Positions 20,611 to 55,900 of a stretch of DNA of 64,000 bases are shown piece by piece. Made by a program: the position numbers and the translations under genes. Position 1 is the first letter of the stretch. Every line of letters starts with the position of its first letter. The stretch is from Tubiluchus corallicola (taxonomy: Eukaryota; Animalia; Priapulida), in contig JAQGDQ010002375.1 of NCBI GenBank assembly GCA_030141605.1, positions 434,001 through 498,000 of the forward strand, written 5' to 3'. The notes beneath the pieces are model-generated. The model worked only from the letters and a program-made list of their open reading frames with translations. It searched no databases and was not told the DNA's origin.

Positions 20611-21192
20611 AGACATCTTCTCTTCATAGCATTAAATAAAACTCTTGAAACTATAAAATAGCTGAGAGGGGTTAGTTACTGACGTATATATATATGTATA
20701 ATATATATATATACATATATTATATACACGCATGGGCATGCCATGTTTCAGCAGGTGTAACCATGCAAACAATGATGACAAAGTGTAATCATGCAAAAAA
20801 GAGAATAAATTTAGGTGAAAATTTAAAAAAAGTATTTTTATTTCTAATATTTAAATAATGAACATAAAACATAAAATGGAAGAGAGATGGAGTGGCAAAA
20901 AGAGATTGGTTACAGCTGTGTTGGATTTCAGTTTTTCAGTTTGATTACAATTTAGCTTTCACGTTCCTTTTCATCTAGGGGAGTAGGAAAAGAACTTACC
21001 ATTTGGCAGCAGACAGTGGACAGTGTAATGTCCTTGGATGACATACACGTCAGATGTTCCCATTCTGTCGTTTCTGTTTTTTCTAGAAATGGTTAATGTG
21101 GCATTTGTAGATTTTTTATAAGCTCAATGAATTGATAGTTTGTTGGGCATTTTTTTCATCTTTTATTTTACCAAAATTTTATTTCCTTTCAG

Positions 21193-22615
21193 ACATGAAC
21201 GTATGCAGAAACTTGAACACGTGGGCTTGGCAGATGATAGTATGATGATGAGCAACCCACTGCTAGTCAAACCCAAATCTGATGATACATCAAATGATGT
21301 CCCTATCAAGCTACACGCTAATGGTCAAATAGTACTTGACGATCACACTGGTTTTACTGCAGTGGATGAGGAAATGCAAAACAGTACTGAAACCGAAGAA
21401 ACTGGTTGTGCACTAACTGCAGTTGTCAAAATTGAGTACGGTATTTCTGCAAATTTGAAAGATTGTAATGCTAGAGAAACAGACAGTGATGTTACTGTTA
21501 ACAAAAATGAGTACTTGTGTGGCACAAGTGAGAGAATGACATTCTCATTGACAAGGACTACAAAAGCACACAAAAAAGATCATCTGCGACCAAAACGGCA
21601 CATATGCAATCATTGTGGAGCGACTTTTGCTCGTACAAACAGCTTGAAAGGGCATCTTTTAAGCCACAGTGGCGAAAAACCTTATAAATGTGAGCACTGT
21701 GATGCCACATTTGCATGGCCTAATAATCTGAAAAGGCATTTAAGCACACATACAGGAGAAAAACCATTTAAGTGTAGAGAATGCCCTGCCGCTTATACAA
21801 GCCTCAGTTATCTGAGAAGCCATGTGATGGTTCACACCGGCGAGAAGCCTCACAAATGTAACCAATGTGATGCCACCTTTGCAAGGTCAAGCAGTTTAAA
21901 GGAGCACTTCAGGATTCACACAGGTGAGAAACCCTATAAATGTGATCAATGCGGTGCTGCTTTTGCTTTTTCAAGAAGTTTTAAAACGCATATGATGAAT
22001 CACATGGGCATTAAACCCCACTTATGCATTTACTGTGCAGCAAGGTTTATCACTTCAGGTGACTTGAAAAGTCACTTAATTACTCACACAGGAGGAACAA
22101 AGTCATACAAGTGCAATCAGTGTGAAGCTACATTTACACGATCGACGACCTTGAATAAACATTTGAAAGGACATTTTGGGATAAAGCCACACTTGTGCAC
22201 CTACTGTGGAGCAAGGTTTGCAACTATGAGTCATCTTAAGAGTCATTTAAGGACACACACAGGAGAAAGACCTTACAAATGTGAGAAATGTGAGAAAACA
22301 TTTGTGCAATCCACTCATTTAAAACTTCATCTCAATACTCACACTGGTGAAAAGAAGTTCAAATGCTCAGTCTGTGAAGCTGCTTTCCTAGATCCAAGCA
22401 ATTTGAAGACACATGCCAGGATCCATTCCGGTGAACGACCTTACACGTGTGACCTTTGTGGTTCTGCCTTTATGAGATCAACAAATTTAAGAAAGCACAT
22501 GAGAGCTCACACAGGAGAAAAGCCTTATAAGTGTGATCATTGTGCAGCTTCTTTCAAAAAGCAAGTGCATCTTAAATATCACTTAGTGACACATGACGAT
22601 GAGTTTTACAAGTGA
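21193..22615 (+). CDS. C2H2 zinc-finger protein with 12 tandem fingers
   Basis: Acceptor tttcctttcag ends at 21192; first in-frame ATG at 21203. Twelve CxxC-x12-HxxxH units, mostly with TGEKP-type linkers; stop TGA 22613-22615. No KRAB, BTB or ZAD domain recognised; upstream exons not determined. Confidence 0.93.
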
Positions 22616-23320
22616 GATCATTGAAAGATTACTTTTAGAATCATGGTAATTTTAAACAGCTCTTGCTAAATTATGGAACCAGTTTGGAACCATACTTGGA
22701 ATTTATTAGTAGTATTAATTATGTAATTTAATAGTTTATCATTGTATGCAAAAACTTTTTATTAGTGTGATCACGTAATTTTTACTGATGATTCTTCTTG
22801 TGATTTTGTGCTCCTTGCGATTTTAGGTGATTTTCTTTTATTTTGTACAGCACCATTGATAATATTTTAATATTGTGACGAGTGCTTATAAATAAATAAA
22901 CTGTAATTTATTCTGGAAAAAACTGATAGTAGGATAATTGTGTGAGTTTGTTCAGTCTGGTGTTTTACAACAGTACTGGAGTACATCACTGCTCTTAAAA
23001 ACATGTCAGTATTCATGCAGGAATTAAACCATTTAGATGTGGTCATTGTGATGTCACTTTCACATGGTGAAGTAGTTTAAAGAATTGTGTTAGATCTTAA
23101 AAAAGCCTGATGAATGTTTTAGTGCTCAGCCAGACATGCATTTGTGAACTGTGTAGTTAAATTAGTCAAATGTTATCTAGCTAAGTTTATTCATATTTAT
23201 TAACCCTGGCAGCCATTTGGATCTGCATCTGTTTCAAATTGTCTTACTCAAAGTAAAATTATTTGTGTAAATAAAGCTTATATTGCTTCCTCTTTGTGGT
23301 CAATAGATGTCACTTTGTTA
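22607..23320 (+). pseudogene. decayed C2H2 finger remnants downstream of the zinc-finger stop codon
   Basis: YK*DH*KITF at 22607-22636, CDEC at 22874-22885, and HVSIHAGIKPFRCGHCDVTFTW*SSLK at about 23002-23082. Confidence 0.7.
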
Positions 23321-23750
23321 TTTGCACTGTGTTTTGTATTGTTTTAGCAGCATTTACGTTGTTTAATTGGTGTTGTTATGGTTTGCAAGACTGTAACTGA
23401 ACTATCAGAAATTGACCTTCACAGTAGTGTTTCTTGCTGGACGTAGACCCCCCCCTCCAAGACTTTTACTTACACAAAATGGCTGAGCCTATTAGTCGTG
23501 AGCACAACAGCAGTTCAACTGCACAGCACTGCATTTAATATTTTTTGCAGTATAGATTACTGGCTTTAACTTTAACGCCAGTAGTTATATGTATGAAATA
23601 ACAGATAATTACGTCTTTTATGTATTAATCGTATTGATTAATCATGATTGTGTACTATTATTAATGTGTACTATTTTCACAGAATCCACATCTTCAAAAT
23701 TTTTACTTACTTTACACATTACCAACACTCTATGAAAAAGTTTCAATCAT

Positions 23751-23766
23751 TTTATTGTTGTTTATT
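23751..23766 (-). terminator. candidate polyadenylation signals of ULK4
   Basis: Two TTTATT (AATAAA on minus) at 23751 and 23761, about 570 bp past the ULK4 stop. Confidence 0.5.
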
Positions 23767-24331
23767 GACTAAATTCATGAAAGCTTAGACTAATAAAAAT
23801 TGTATCAGTATGAACATATGAGTATTGTTGTAAATGTACAAAAAAGTAGTAAGCATGTATAATCACATCACATTACACAATACAAGCAGTAAATAAATAA
23901 ATTCCAATAAAATCAAGGAAATTTTTAAGTGCACTTGTTTTAAAATATCAAAAATAATAAAGGTCTGACTAGATAGAACACAGTTACAAGGCACTAATGG
24001 CATTGCTCGTACTAAAAAAATGGCACAGTTACAAGGCTCTGATGGCACGATTTAATAGCCAAAAAAGAAAGCTAAAAGTTGCATTGCAATTCTAGTCACT
24101 GGCTATTTTTACGATGCACACCAGTATAACAGGGTCTGGGTCATGTTTCTGCAGCATTTACAAAGTCTCTGTCATATTCTTGTCAAGAGGTGACATGACA
24201 CTGTCTTTTCCTGATTCTTCACCTGTGTTGTATTTCAAGGCAGCATTCTTGTCTCCCTGTTAACTTATTTCTCACTGTATACATTTCCTCATTTGAAGCA
24301 AGAACATAGCCGTTCTTTCCACTTCTGCTTC

Positions 24332-46410
<22,079 letters not shown>

Positions 46411-46564
46411 GCTTTACAAGAGCTAGTGCATTCTCATATACACAGTACACTGACCAAAAAAAAAGAAAAACTGATAAAAAATAGTTGAACAGAAACAGGG
46501 AGAAATAGTTTTGTTGCATACATTTAAAAACAAAAACCTTGTACAAAGGTAAATGGTTAATAAG

Positions 46565-47102
46565 TAGGGCTGTAATGATAAACCTAGGTCACGGACACGA
46601 AACATATCACAACACTAACCTCACGATACACTTGAGTTAATATTTTATCAATCAACAGTTTTAGGGTTGCTAAATGCTAATCAACAAACTGTTGGATTTC
46701 TATTTATTACTTATGTAATGTGTAGGCTATTGTTTGTACTTTTAGCCACCAGAAAAGCAAAACGTATCAATACTTTAGGTGTAAAAGTTGCTTGTGCATT
46801 TTCTGGTTCACTTTTGCATTTCACAAGTTTATATGTAAACAATATAATTAGTTGCTCGCAGTGCCTGTGTTAACTACTGCTCACTGCACTGATTGGTAGG
46901 TATCTGTAGTACACTCTACAGCTGCAGCTTGAATTACTTCTATTGTTTTGTTTTGTTTTTACCAGCATACAGTCAAAGCTCATGCTACTTTGCTAAATAT
47001 CATTGACTCATATTATCACAATACAGGTGCACTTTGGCGATACGCATATCGTAATAAAAAACATCTCAATGCAATATACCTCGATGTATCATTACGGACC
47101 TA
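46565..47102. mobile_element. hAT-type MITE
   Basis: TIRs tagggctgtaatgata / tatcattacggaccta (14/16); TSD ttaataag / ttaataat (7/8); cgata-type subterminal motifs. Confidence 0.82.
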
Positions 47103-48031
47103 TTAATAATACACTTATTTGATTTTTAATACATACAAGCAAAGAACTATATTAAAAATCACTGAAGGTATTTTTAATGCTCAGCTCAAAAACTGTACCC
47201 ACATATATATATATATACCACACATATAGCTACTTCTTAACATATGATATACACAACAAAATTACAGAAAAATAGAATTCAGTCAGCTACCGCCGAGCTT
47301 TAAAGGCTTGGCCGTTACAGGTCATTACACTATTGTTTTGTTATTGTTATAGTAAAGTTACAAAAGCATGGTGTGCTTTTTAACTGAAATTAATAAAAAA
47401 CGCCTCACTGCTGAGCCATTAACTCGTTATGTCTTTTTTGGTATCGGACACTATACTTCAGATTCGGATGCCTTCTTCACAGTTATTTTTTATAAATTTT
47501 TATCAAGTGCACTACAATGTGCCTACATGAACATGTAGAAACCGAGACTGAGTAAAAACCAACTGCGTGAAGTACAAGCACAACAACATTTTTTAATCTA
47601 TTCATTGAATCTATTCCATTCTAATCATTGAAGTATGAAAGCTTTATATTAATAGGGTTTGGCAAATTATGTAAAATTAATGGCTATAAAGAACTAATCA
47701 AGTGACTTGATTATAAAAAGTATCTCTCCATAGCACGACGATTTTTTATTGCATTACTGAACTTAAGTTACATATAGCAGTACGGACTATATAAATCACC
47801 AAGAATTTTTGTACAATATTATCGCACTAGTATCAGAGCCCATTTCTTTTCTTCTCGTGTTGTGGGCCCTTGGAATTCGCTTAATAGTGAAACAGTTGAC
47901 GCATCTAATTTGCCGCAATTTCGCAAATTGTTGTGGAGAGACCGTCAACAACCGTGTCATGCTTAGATCTCTTAAGACTTTGCAAGCAAGACGCAAGTGT
48001 AACATTAACAGGTATGCTTAAGCACTACTTT

Positions 48032-48365
48032 TTCGCTAGTGGTAACAACTTACGTACAACTTTGTTAACCCCACGCATTCACGGTTACGCAAACTCTTAC
48101 CACGAATAATTAAAAAAATGGTTGGTGAGCTGATCAATTTCACCGCGTTGTCTCTCGTAGAGCTAAAAACGTTATTAACTTTGAAGATGAGAGGTCAGCC
48201 AATGAAAACGAAGTAAGTTAGAAATGCGTTTATTTCTAACTGGTATGGCATCCTATTTTTAATGCATTTCATTGCTTAGAAATACAGTTTTAAGGATGTG
48301 TTCATCCTTAACGGCAAACGGTTTTTACGTTTTTGTTCAAATTGTTGTGCACGTTGCCAAGGACG
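48032..48365 (-). promoter_or_regulatory. candidate ULK4 promoter and non-coding first exon
   Basis: The ULK4 ATG exon has an acceptor at 46450-46451. A strong minus-strand donor GTAAGTT lies at 48053-48047. X-box-like TTCGCTAGTGGTAAC 48032-48046, CCAAT 48199-48203 and half X-box GTTGCCAAGG 48353-48362; locally CpG-richer. Confidence 0.4.
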
Positions 48366-51255
48366 TTTTCAGTAAGACCAGAAATCTTTGCTGCAATGCG
48401 GATACAATGTTCATGATTTCTTAACTCGACTTCTTCGTTTGGCGGGTCAGAGTCTTGCTCAATGTTGTCACTGACGTTGAGCCTCTTTATTTCGTAATAA
48501 ATTTCTCTAATTTTTACTATGTCTACAATGTATTTCCAAATTTATCACTCTTTCTGTTCTCCATTTTTTATAAAATTCCTCTCTTATGTCTCCATTGGAA
48601 TGCTTTCAGGCACCTCCATCACCTGACCTTATTTAAGCTGATGTGCATAGTCTTGCTTATCAACGAACGATACTCTGGAAACGGTAGCCAGACAATAAAA
48701 GCACTCAAGCGTTTCATGCATGCTTCTGTGAACAGCACTGAAGTAGTACCTCACTATAGTTGGTTAGTGGTAGGACAAAATCTTATTAAAGGAAAACCAG
48801 ACGATTGTGTAAACATTAGTTCAGAATAAAGAATGCTCCAAAATATTGAAAACTACAATAGTTTTTCATGAATCACAGCTTAAATAAAATAATGATTAGC
48901 TTGGTTACTCAAATTTTGTTAAACTTTCAAAGCTACGCACGGCTCAGTGAATCTACTAAGAGTGGCAATGGCACCTTTTTGTCCCGTGCGCGTGGCCGAC
49001 AAATAGAAGGGTACTGTTATAACCATGATCATGAACTGCAGTATTAGTTTCTGACGTCATATGACATAAACCCATTTTCATGACATCACACACCACAAAT
49101 AAATAAACTAACACTAATAATAAAAAGCAGTACAGTAACACTTACGCAAACCTGCCATTGCACAAACTGTGGTTATTTTCTGACGTAAGCAATAGCTGTG
49201 TTCAGCTGCCGTTAATTAACTTTCAAGGCTAATTATTCAAATATAAGAAACAATTGCTAACTTTTATAGGCAAGAAAGTGTATATTTTGGACAGTAAATT
49301 AAAGTGAGATTGACACTAAACATTTGGTTTTCACTTAACAATAACACTAAAAGCCGCTTTCATTTTAATTGGTGGTTTGCCTAATACGATGGGTCTATGG
49401 CTGGTGAAAGTTTTCCACTGACAAAATTAATGTATATTACAGACAAATCGTTGATTATTTCCGATATCGCTTAAAAAAGTAAAAGTTAGAACAAAGCGTT
49501 CTGAACTGATTTTCACTACAAGTTCCTTCTGCATGTTCTTTCATATTCCACAGCCTGTGTATAATTATTTTGAACTTGTCCAATCTAGTATCTCACTAGA
49601 CTAGTTACTATAACATGATCATGTCTGTGCCATGTCATTAGGTCTGTACAGACCATGTCTTAATTATCAAAGCTATGAATCCTTTCCTAAGCAAACTTAC
49701 ATAGTAAAGGATTCATGCATAGCTCTGGTATTACTTAACTTCAATAATGTGCACATGCAGTTTTATCTGTTACCAAAATTACTTAAAGTATTCCTGTTCA
49801 GTTTTCAACTAACACAGTCCTGCACGCCACCTGTTTCGACCAAGGACTGCAATTTCTACCATTGCAAAAAACATGTAATTTGAATATGGTGCAGCTGAAT
49901 GCCAAGCAGTTTCCAGCTTGCCCTAAATGACATTTTTCAGAATCAAATCTTCAAATTTTGTACACATACTTTAATATTATTTCAAGACCATAAGGGTTTG
50001 CTGCATTTTGCATGTGTTCATGAAAAACTGCTGTCACCAAGCAACGATGACATTGTATTAATGTTGATAATTTTTGTAGATTTCTGCTTTTCTCAAAATG
50101 GGCTTTCATGGAAAAATTATATATGAAATGCATTTGCTTACCATAGACAAATTTATGATCGATTCTTGACGAAAAATTTGGAAAAAGCTTCCAGTAACTG
50201 CAGTGTTTGTATCGTAACAATCTATAGTATGAAATCGTGTGTGAAATCGGCTAATGCAGGTAATTTCAACTGTCTGGATACAACACTGATACATTAGGCC
50301 TCAATTGTACAATATTTTTAAGGAGAAATTTCTGTTGAAAGATGAGACATCCTTAATTTGTACTTGGCTGATAGGTTTGTTTTTCCTGGAATTCTATACA
50401 GCAAATGCTTCTCTTGGGCTGTAACAAGCAGTGAATTAATAAATTATTGTGCACGATCACGCAAGTGTGCACAAGACTAAGCTGCTCAATAGGCTAAGTT
50501 GGAGTGCCTGAAAAGTGCGTGTTTTTCCTTAATTTTGTAAAAATAAATCAATTATAAATCCAAGCAAATAGTATAATTGGATAGCTGATATTTTCCTGAA
50601 TAGAACAATACCTAATTTGTAATAATTTAGTTTTGTCTGTGCTCATACAGTAGCAGAAAAGTTATACCTATTATAAGATCTATTTTGAATAATGTGGTCA
50701 TGAAGGAGTTAAATACTAGAGTTATTAGTAAAAAATTGTTGTATTGGGATTGTAGATGTAAAGTTTATAATTTTGAACAATGGCTTGCTTATAACACTAA
50801 GAGAAAATGATGCTGAAGAAAACTGCCACACCTAAAAGTATTGTGTTGAAACTGCTGAAAAAGAATTCATTCCAGCCTGTTGACGCCATTTCATATAACG
50901 AAGAGCACAAGGCAAACACAAATTAGGTATGTGATTACTGGCCATCGAGCTGAATAGACGTGTTTAATTTGAACTCTCAGTATCTGGGTAAAAGTTGTAC
51001 ATAAAAGTAGCTATTACAAGAGTCACAGCTAAGAGAGAGAAGCCAACTCCAACGAAAAAGAAGGAAGTGCTTAAGATGTTAAACAATGGACGCTCCAGAT
51101 AGCAACTCAGATTCAACAAAGTATTTGTATGAAATATTATTGTAGAGGTAATAATCATCACTTGATTGGGGAATTCTAACATAAAGTTATAATCAAAATT
51201 AATATATTGATGTTAGATGTAAAGAAACTTGTCCCGTTATGTAAACGAAGTGCCT

Positions 51256-51740
51256 TCTTGTTCTTGTTCTTGTCTTCAATAAACTTCTTTTTATTTAGCT
51301 GCAGCTGTTTGGTTTACATAGTGCTTTGTACTCTGCTGTACATCATGTGTCATATGAAATCTAACAAAGACACGAAGACATGAAAATCCCTGAACTAAAT
51401 TTGTTCGGGCATCCACACTCTCTGGCAAACTATCCCACTTGTTTGCTACACGTTGAAAGAGAATGTAATTTTACAATTCATATTTGCATAAGGTTTGGAC
51501 AACTAGTTTCATATAATGACCATAACCATCCTTGGATGATTTATCCATTTAAGCACTTTCAAATATCTTCTTCAGGTCTGCTGTTTCTCTTCTTTGTTGG
51601 AAAGAATATGCATCGGGATCGGGATGCAAATACAATCAAACTGCCAGCACCTATATTGATCTTTATAATATCTCATGATATCAGATTGCAGTGATGGTGG
51701 CCAACTGGCCACAGTACATTAGAATTTTTTTTGGTATAAT
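51256..51740 (-). mobile_element. decayed CR1/L2-group LINE 3' portion
   Basis: Minus strand, with frameshifts: ILMYCGQ-WPPSLQSDI...QQRRETADLKKI-KVL...FQRVANKWDSLPESVDA, then AATAAA and an (aagaac)n tail. This matches the CR1 motifs LEYC.PVW.P...DI, RR.R.DL..VFK.L and RVVN.WN.LP. Confidence 0.75.
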
Positions 51741-52917
51741 TAAAAAGATTTTTTGATTACTTCTTACATCTGTAACAGGTTCTTGCAAATTTTGTCAGGA
51801 TTTAATGGTGATCTCTTATCACTAGTGATCAAATCAAGCTTCAAGCTCACCAAGCTATTAATGACTGAGTCTCGCGAATAACTCCCATTTTTGGACTGGG
51901 TTATGTTCAGAGATTTGTGAAAAGATTTCTTGTTTTGCGTTTTCTAGTTAGGTGTCATGGCGGAGATTCTATTTTGCTAGATGTATGGTTTATGTAACTT
52001 ATGTTTCTTTACATATCTAAAGTCTTGTTTTTATGTTGTCTAGTGTAATACTAGAGCGACAGGCCGGAAATTGTGAAACAAATGTTATTTATTTCGCATT
52101 CGTCAAGAAAAAACTATAATATTTGTAATTATGAGCAATGTTTTGCACCTGGAAATTACCAGATACAATATCAAGAAGCAGCAAAAAAGAAGGAGATGAT
52201 GAGGACATCTTAAAATAAACTAGTGAATACAGATGAAAGGCATTTAATGTGGCAACAAGCCTTTTAATGCACAAGGGCATGCTTAACGAACTGAAATTAA
52301 AGGCTGAATTAAAAGCCTTTAGTTTTAAAACATGTCGAGCTTAATTGAAGTTTTTTGCTACTTACCACTGATTATATTCTATAATATCTATTATATGTAA
52401 TACCTGCCTTTAGTTGCGTTTTCTAAGTTCTAAAACCTATTGGTTGAGGTTTACAAGCTGATGAGTTGTTTATCTTTCAGTGTTTCACATGAATTGCAGG
52501 TGATACACATATTATAGTTGGTAGATAGTTTAATCGCCTTACCATTGCATTTTTATACAATTTTTGTATATCTATAAATACTGGTATCCTGTTTTCTAAA
52601 CACACCATATTGTTTACTAATTAAGGTGATTTAACTGTCTTTTGTGTAGCTTTGAATATGTATAAGACACCTCACCCTATAAAACCTCTTTTCATGTTTT
52701 TCAAGAATATGAAGTTACGAACCTAAACAATTTCTTAAAGTTAGCAGCTTTTTGGGCCATATATAAGGAGTTGTGGCAACGAAAACTTCAGAAATCAGAA
52801 TGCAAAGCTGGGGCCTTATAATTGCATGCTTTAGCTGTTGTATAAGATGTAATGCAAAAGTGTTCTACTTGCAGATTTGAAGCAACATTAATGCTCGATA
52901 CTTATGATTAAAATAGC

Positions 52918-55900
52918 ATGGACTACTTTAATAAGCTCAAATCTGCTGTTTCTACGGCAACACAGTATCTTCCTGGAAACCCTGTAACCAGGGAATTTGA
53001 AGTTTTAAAGCAAATTGGCAGTGCTGGTCCTGGTCTTATTTGGAAAATTTATGCCAGTGTAAAGCGATCTACAAAACAGGTAAAAATGATGTTCTTTCCT
53101 GCTAATTTGCAAAATAATCAAAATCTATAAGTTTCTTACAAATTGCTCTATAGCTTAGGTGTGAGTACATGACTGAATTATTCTCAGCATAAATGTTTTT
53201 GTTTAGCCTGTGGCTGTGTTTCTTCTGGAGAAAAAGCTTCTTGACCGGTTTTCTAGGAGCGACCGTGATTTGATATTGGACTCATGTAGAAAAGGTATGC
53301 TGTTCTAAAATCATTTTTGCTTATTGAGACATTTAACATCACTTATACACGTCGCTTTTAAGATTGCAGTGATAATGAAACTTATTTTACTTGGTGTGTT
53401 TAAGCTTTGTATTTCCTAGTTATAACGAATTCAGTAAAACGAATGTGTCTTGCAGGTGTATCACAGCTCACTAAATTGCGTCATCCTCGGTTGTTGACTA
53501 TACAGCATCCGTTAGAAGAATCAAGGTATAACTTGTCAGCATTTTGCTTTTATTGTACTGGGCAAACTGAGTGAGTAAATAAGAATTTACATTTCTCATT
53601 TAACACTGCACTTATTTTTGTTTTTCATGTGTACTGTACACATGAGATTAGCCAACATGTCTTGTAGTACTGCACTTTAAAATTTTAATTCTGTAATGTT
53701 TTAGAGAGAGTTTAGCATTTGCAACTGAGCCAGTGTTTGCAAGTCTAGCCAATGTACTTGGTAACCATGACAACATTGCCACACCGTTGCCACCAGAGCT
53801 TAAGCAATTTAAACTATATGAAGTGGAAATTAAATACGGCATCTACCAGGTTTGTGATTGCTTTGCTGTTGTCTTTAACTGAAGTATATCATGTTTGCCT
53901 GGTAAGACTATAAGTTGTAACAACAAAGGTTGAGAAGTTTTGTATATGTTTTGTCAACCTGTGGGTCATTAATAACTCTATAAACTTGTTTATATTTTAC
54001 CAATTTGTTACAATTAACACCTTCTACACTTTACGTGAGTGTATGTAGTAGGACTTGCCTGCAGTTTGTCAGATTAACTATAAGAAAAGCAATAAAGCAG
54101 TCTCAAGTTAGAATGCTCGAAAGCTTTTGCACCTAAACTATGACTTGAACTCAAAACCTATTGCTTTCTGGACAGCTATATTAACCATTACACAGCAGAT
54201 TCAGAAATTTATACGCTATAAGCCAGTAAAGGTCTGTACATATTATGTATACTCGTTCATAATTTGCAGCTTTTTCAGATTTTTTGAAGTAGCTTAGTCT
54301 GTTGTACATTAGTTAGTTACTAATGTTAGAAGCATTTTGAATTGTTTGGTGTTATGCACTTATAAATTATGCTATAGGTAATGCTTGCTCACCTTTTTCC
54401 CTTTGTAGCTTGCAGAAGGCCTAGCATTCCTGCATAATGATCTGAAGATGATGCATAATAACATTTGTCTCGAGTCAGTAATTATTAATGCGACTGGTGC
54501 ATGGAAGATTGCTGGATTTGAATTCTGTTTGTCGAATTCGTCTCCGCAAGATCAAGAGGTGTGTTTATAGATTTTTATCTGTTGAATTTTTCAAGAAGAA
54601 CAGAAATGATTTTATAGGATTTTATTTATATATAATGTCAAATGTAGACTAGGCTAAGTCTGAACAAATCATTTTTTGACAGATTTATTTGTGGGGATTT
54701 GTATAGAGATCTGCTAACATTTCTTTACCCTTTCAATTTGCAAGTGCGATAAATAATTATTTTTGTGTAGTAAATTTTCCTAAAATAAATAATAAAACAA
54801 CTTTTTGATGGTTTATTTACTCCATATTGGTAATTGTAAAGCAATCTGCAACATATAAACGAATTTAGCACTGTGCAAAAGTAAACAAACTTAACCTAAA
54901 CTTGATTGGTTTATTGCGTATAACCGTAACCGGGTTGTATACCGAAATTAAATTTGATTTTTCCATTAGCCGACATATCCATTCACTGAATACGAGAACA
55001 GCATAGCGTCACTCGCTCAGCCAAGTCTTGACTACCTTGCACCAGAGTTCTGCTTGACAATGACATGTGACAGGGCCAGTGATATGTTCTCTTTGGGAAT
55101 GCTGGCATTTGCACTATTCAATGATGGAAAACCGCTTTATGAAAACTGTAATGCTTATAGTACTTACAGAAAAAATTGTGAAAAGGTAATTAGTTTCATT
55201 CCATTTTACCCCTAGTTTTAGTTTGCTGACGTTCAAATATCATTTTTCATATTTATTACACTTTGAAGTCTGCAAAGGTATGTTCACTGTATTAGCTTCA
55301 GTTTTGTCTTACGAAATTGTTGCCAATCATATCGTTGGCAATTACTAGTAAATTAAGTTAGAGTAAGCCATTGAATAAGCAAAATCATTATCATGTTCCT
55401 TTTTTGAAAGTTCACATTTTTTCTATGCGAAGTACCAAATGAACAGTAGCTGTAGGCTGTAAAACTTGCATTGCACACTTTTTTGTGACAGTTGTTCATC
55501 ATAGGGTTAAACTGGCTATTTACATTTTCTCAAAAATGAGCAGACATTGACATCGACTTTTTTTAGTCTGTGGGCTGTTACCTGATTTGTTTATTCCTAG
55601 TGTAACGTAAAGTGCTCACTTTTTGTTTGTGCAAAAAATGTGGATAAAATTTTACAACAGTCAAACTCGCCAATCACAATTTCTGTAAACTTTTGCTAAA
55701 AAGTAAAAGAAGAAGATTACAAACTGGTAACACAGATATCTGATTGATAACTTAATTAATGATTCATTTGCAGTTGAAGAGTCTTTCTGTTTCCTCTCTC
55801 GTCTGCATTCCAGCTGAAGCAAGAGAACACATAAAGATGTTACTAAATGTAACACCAGCTGTTAGACCCGATGCTGATCAGTTTTCTAAAGTAAACACAA

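Noticed and set aside
50040-50700. Scattered RT-like peptides on the plus strand (IFVDF, IWKKL, YSMKSCVK, VGVP)
   Set aside because: Possibly an ancient LINE, but too decayed to support without a search.
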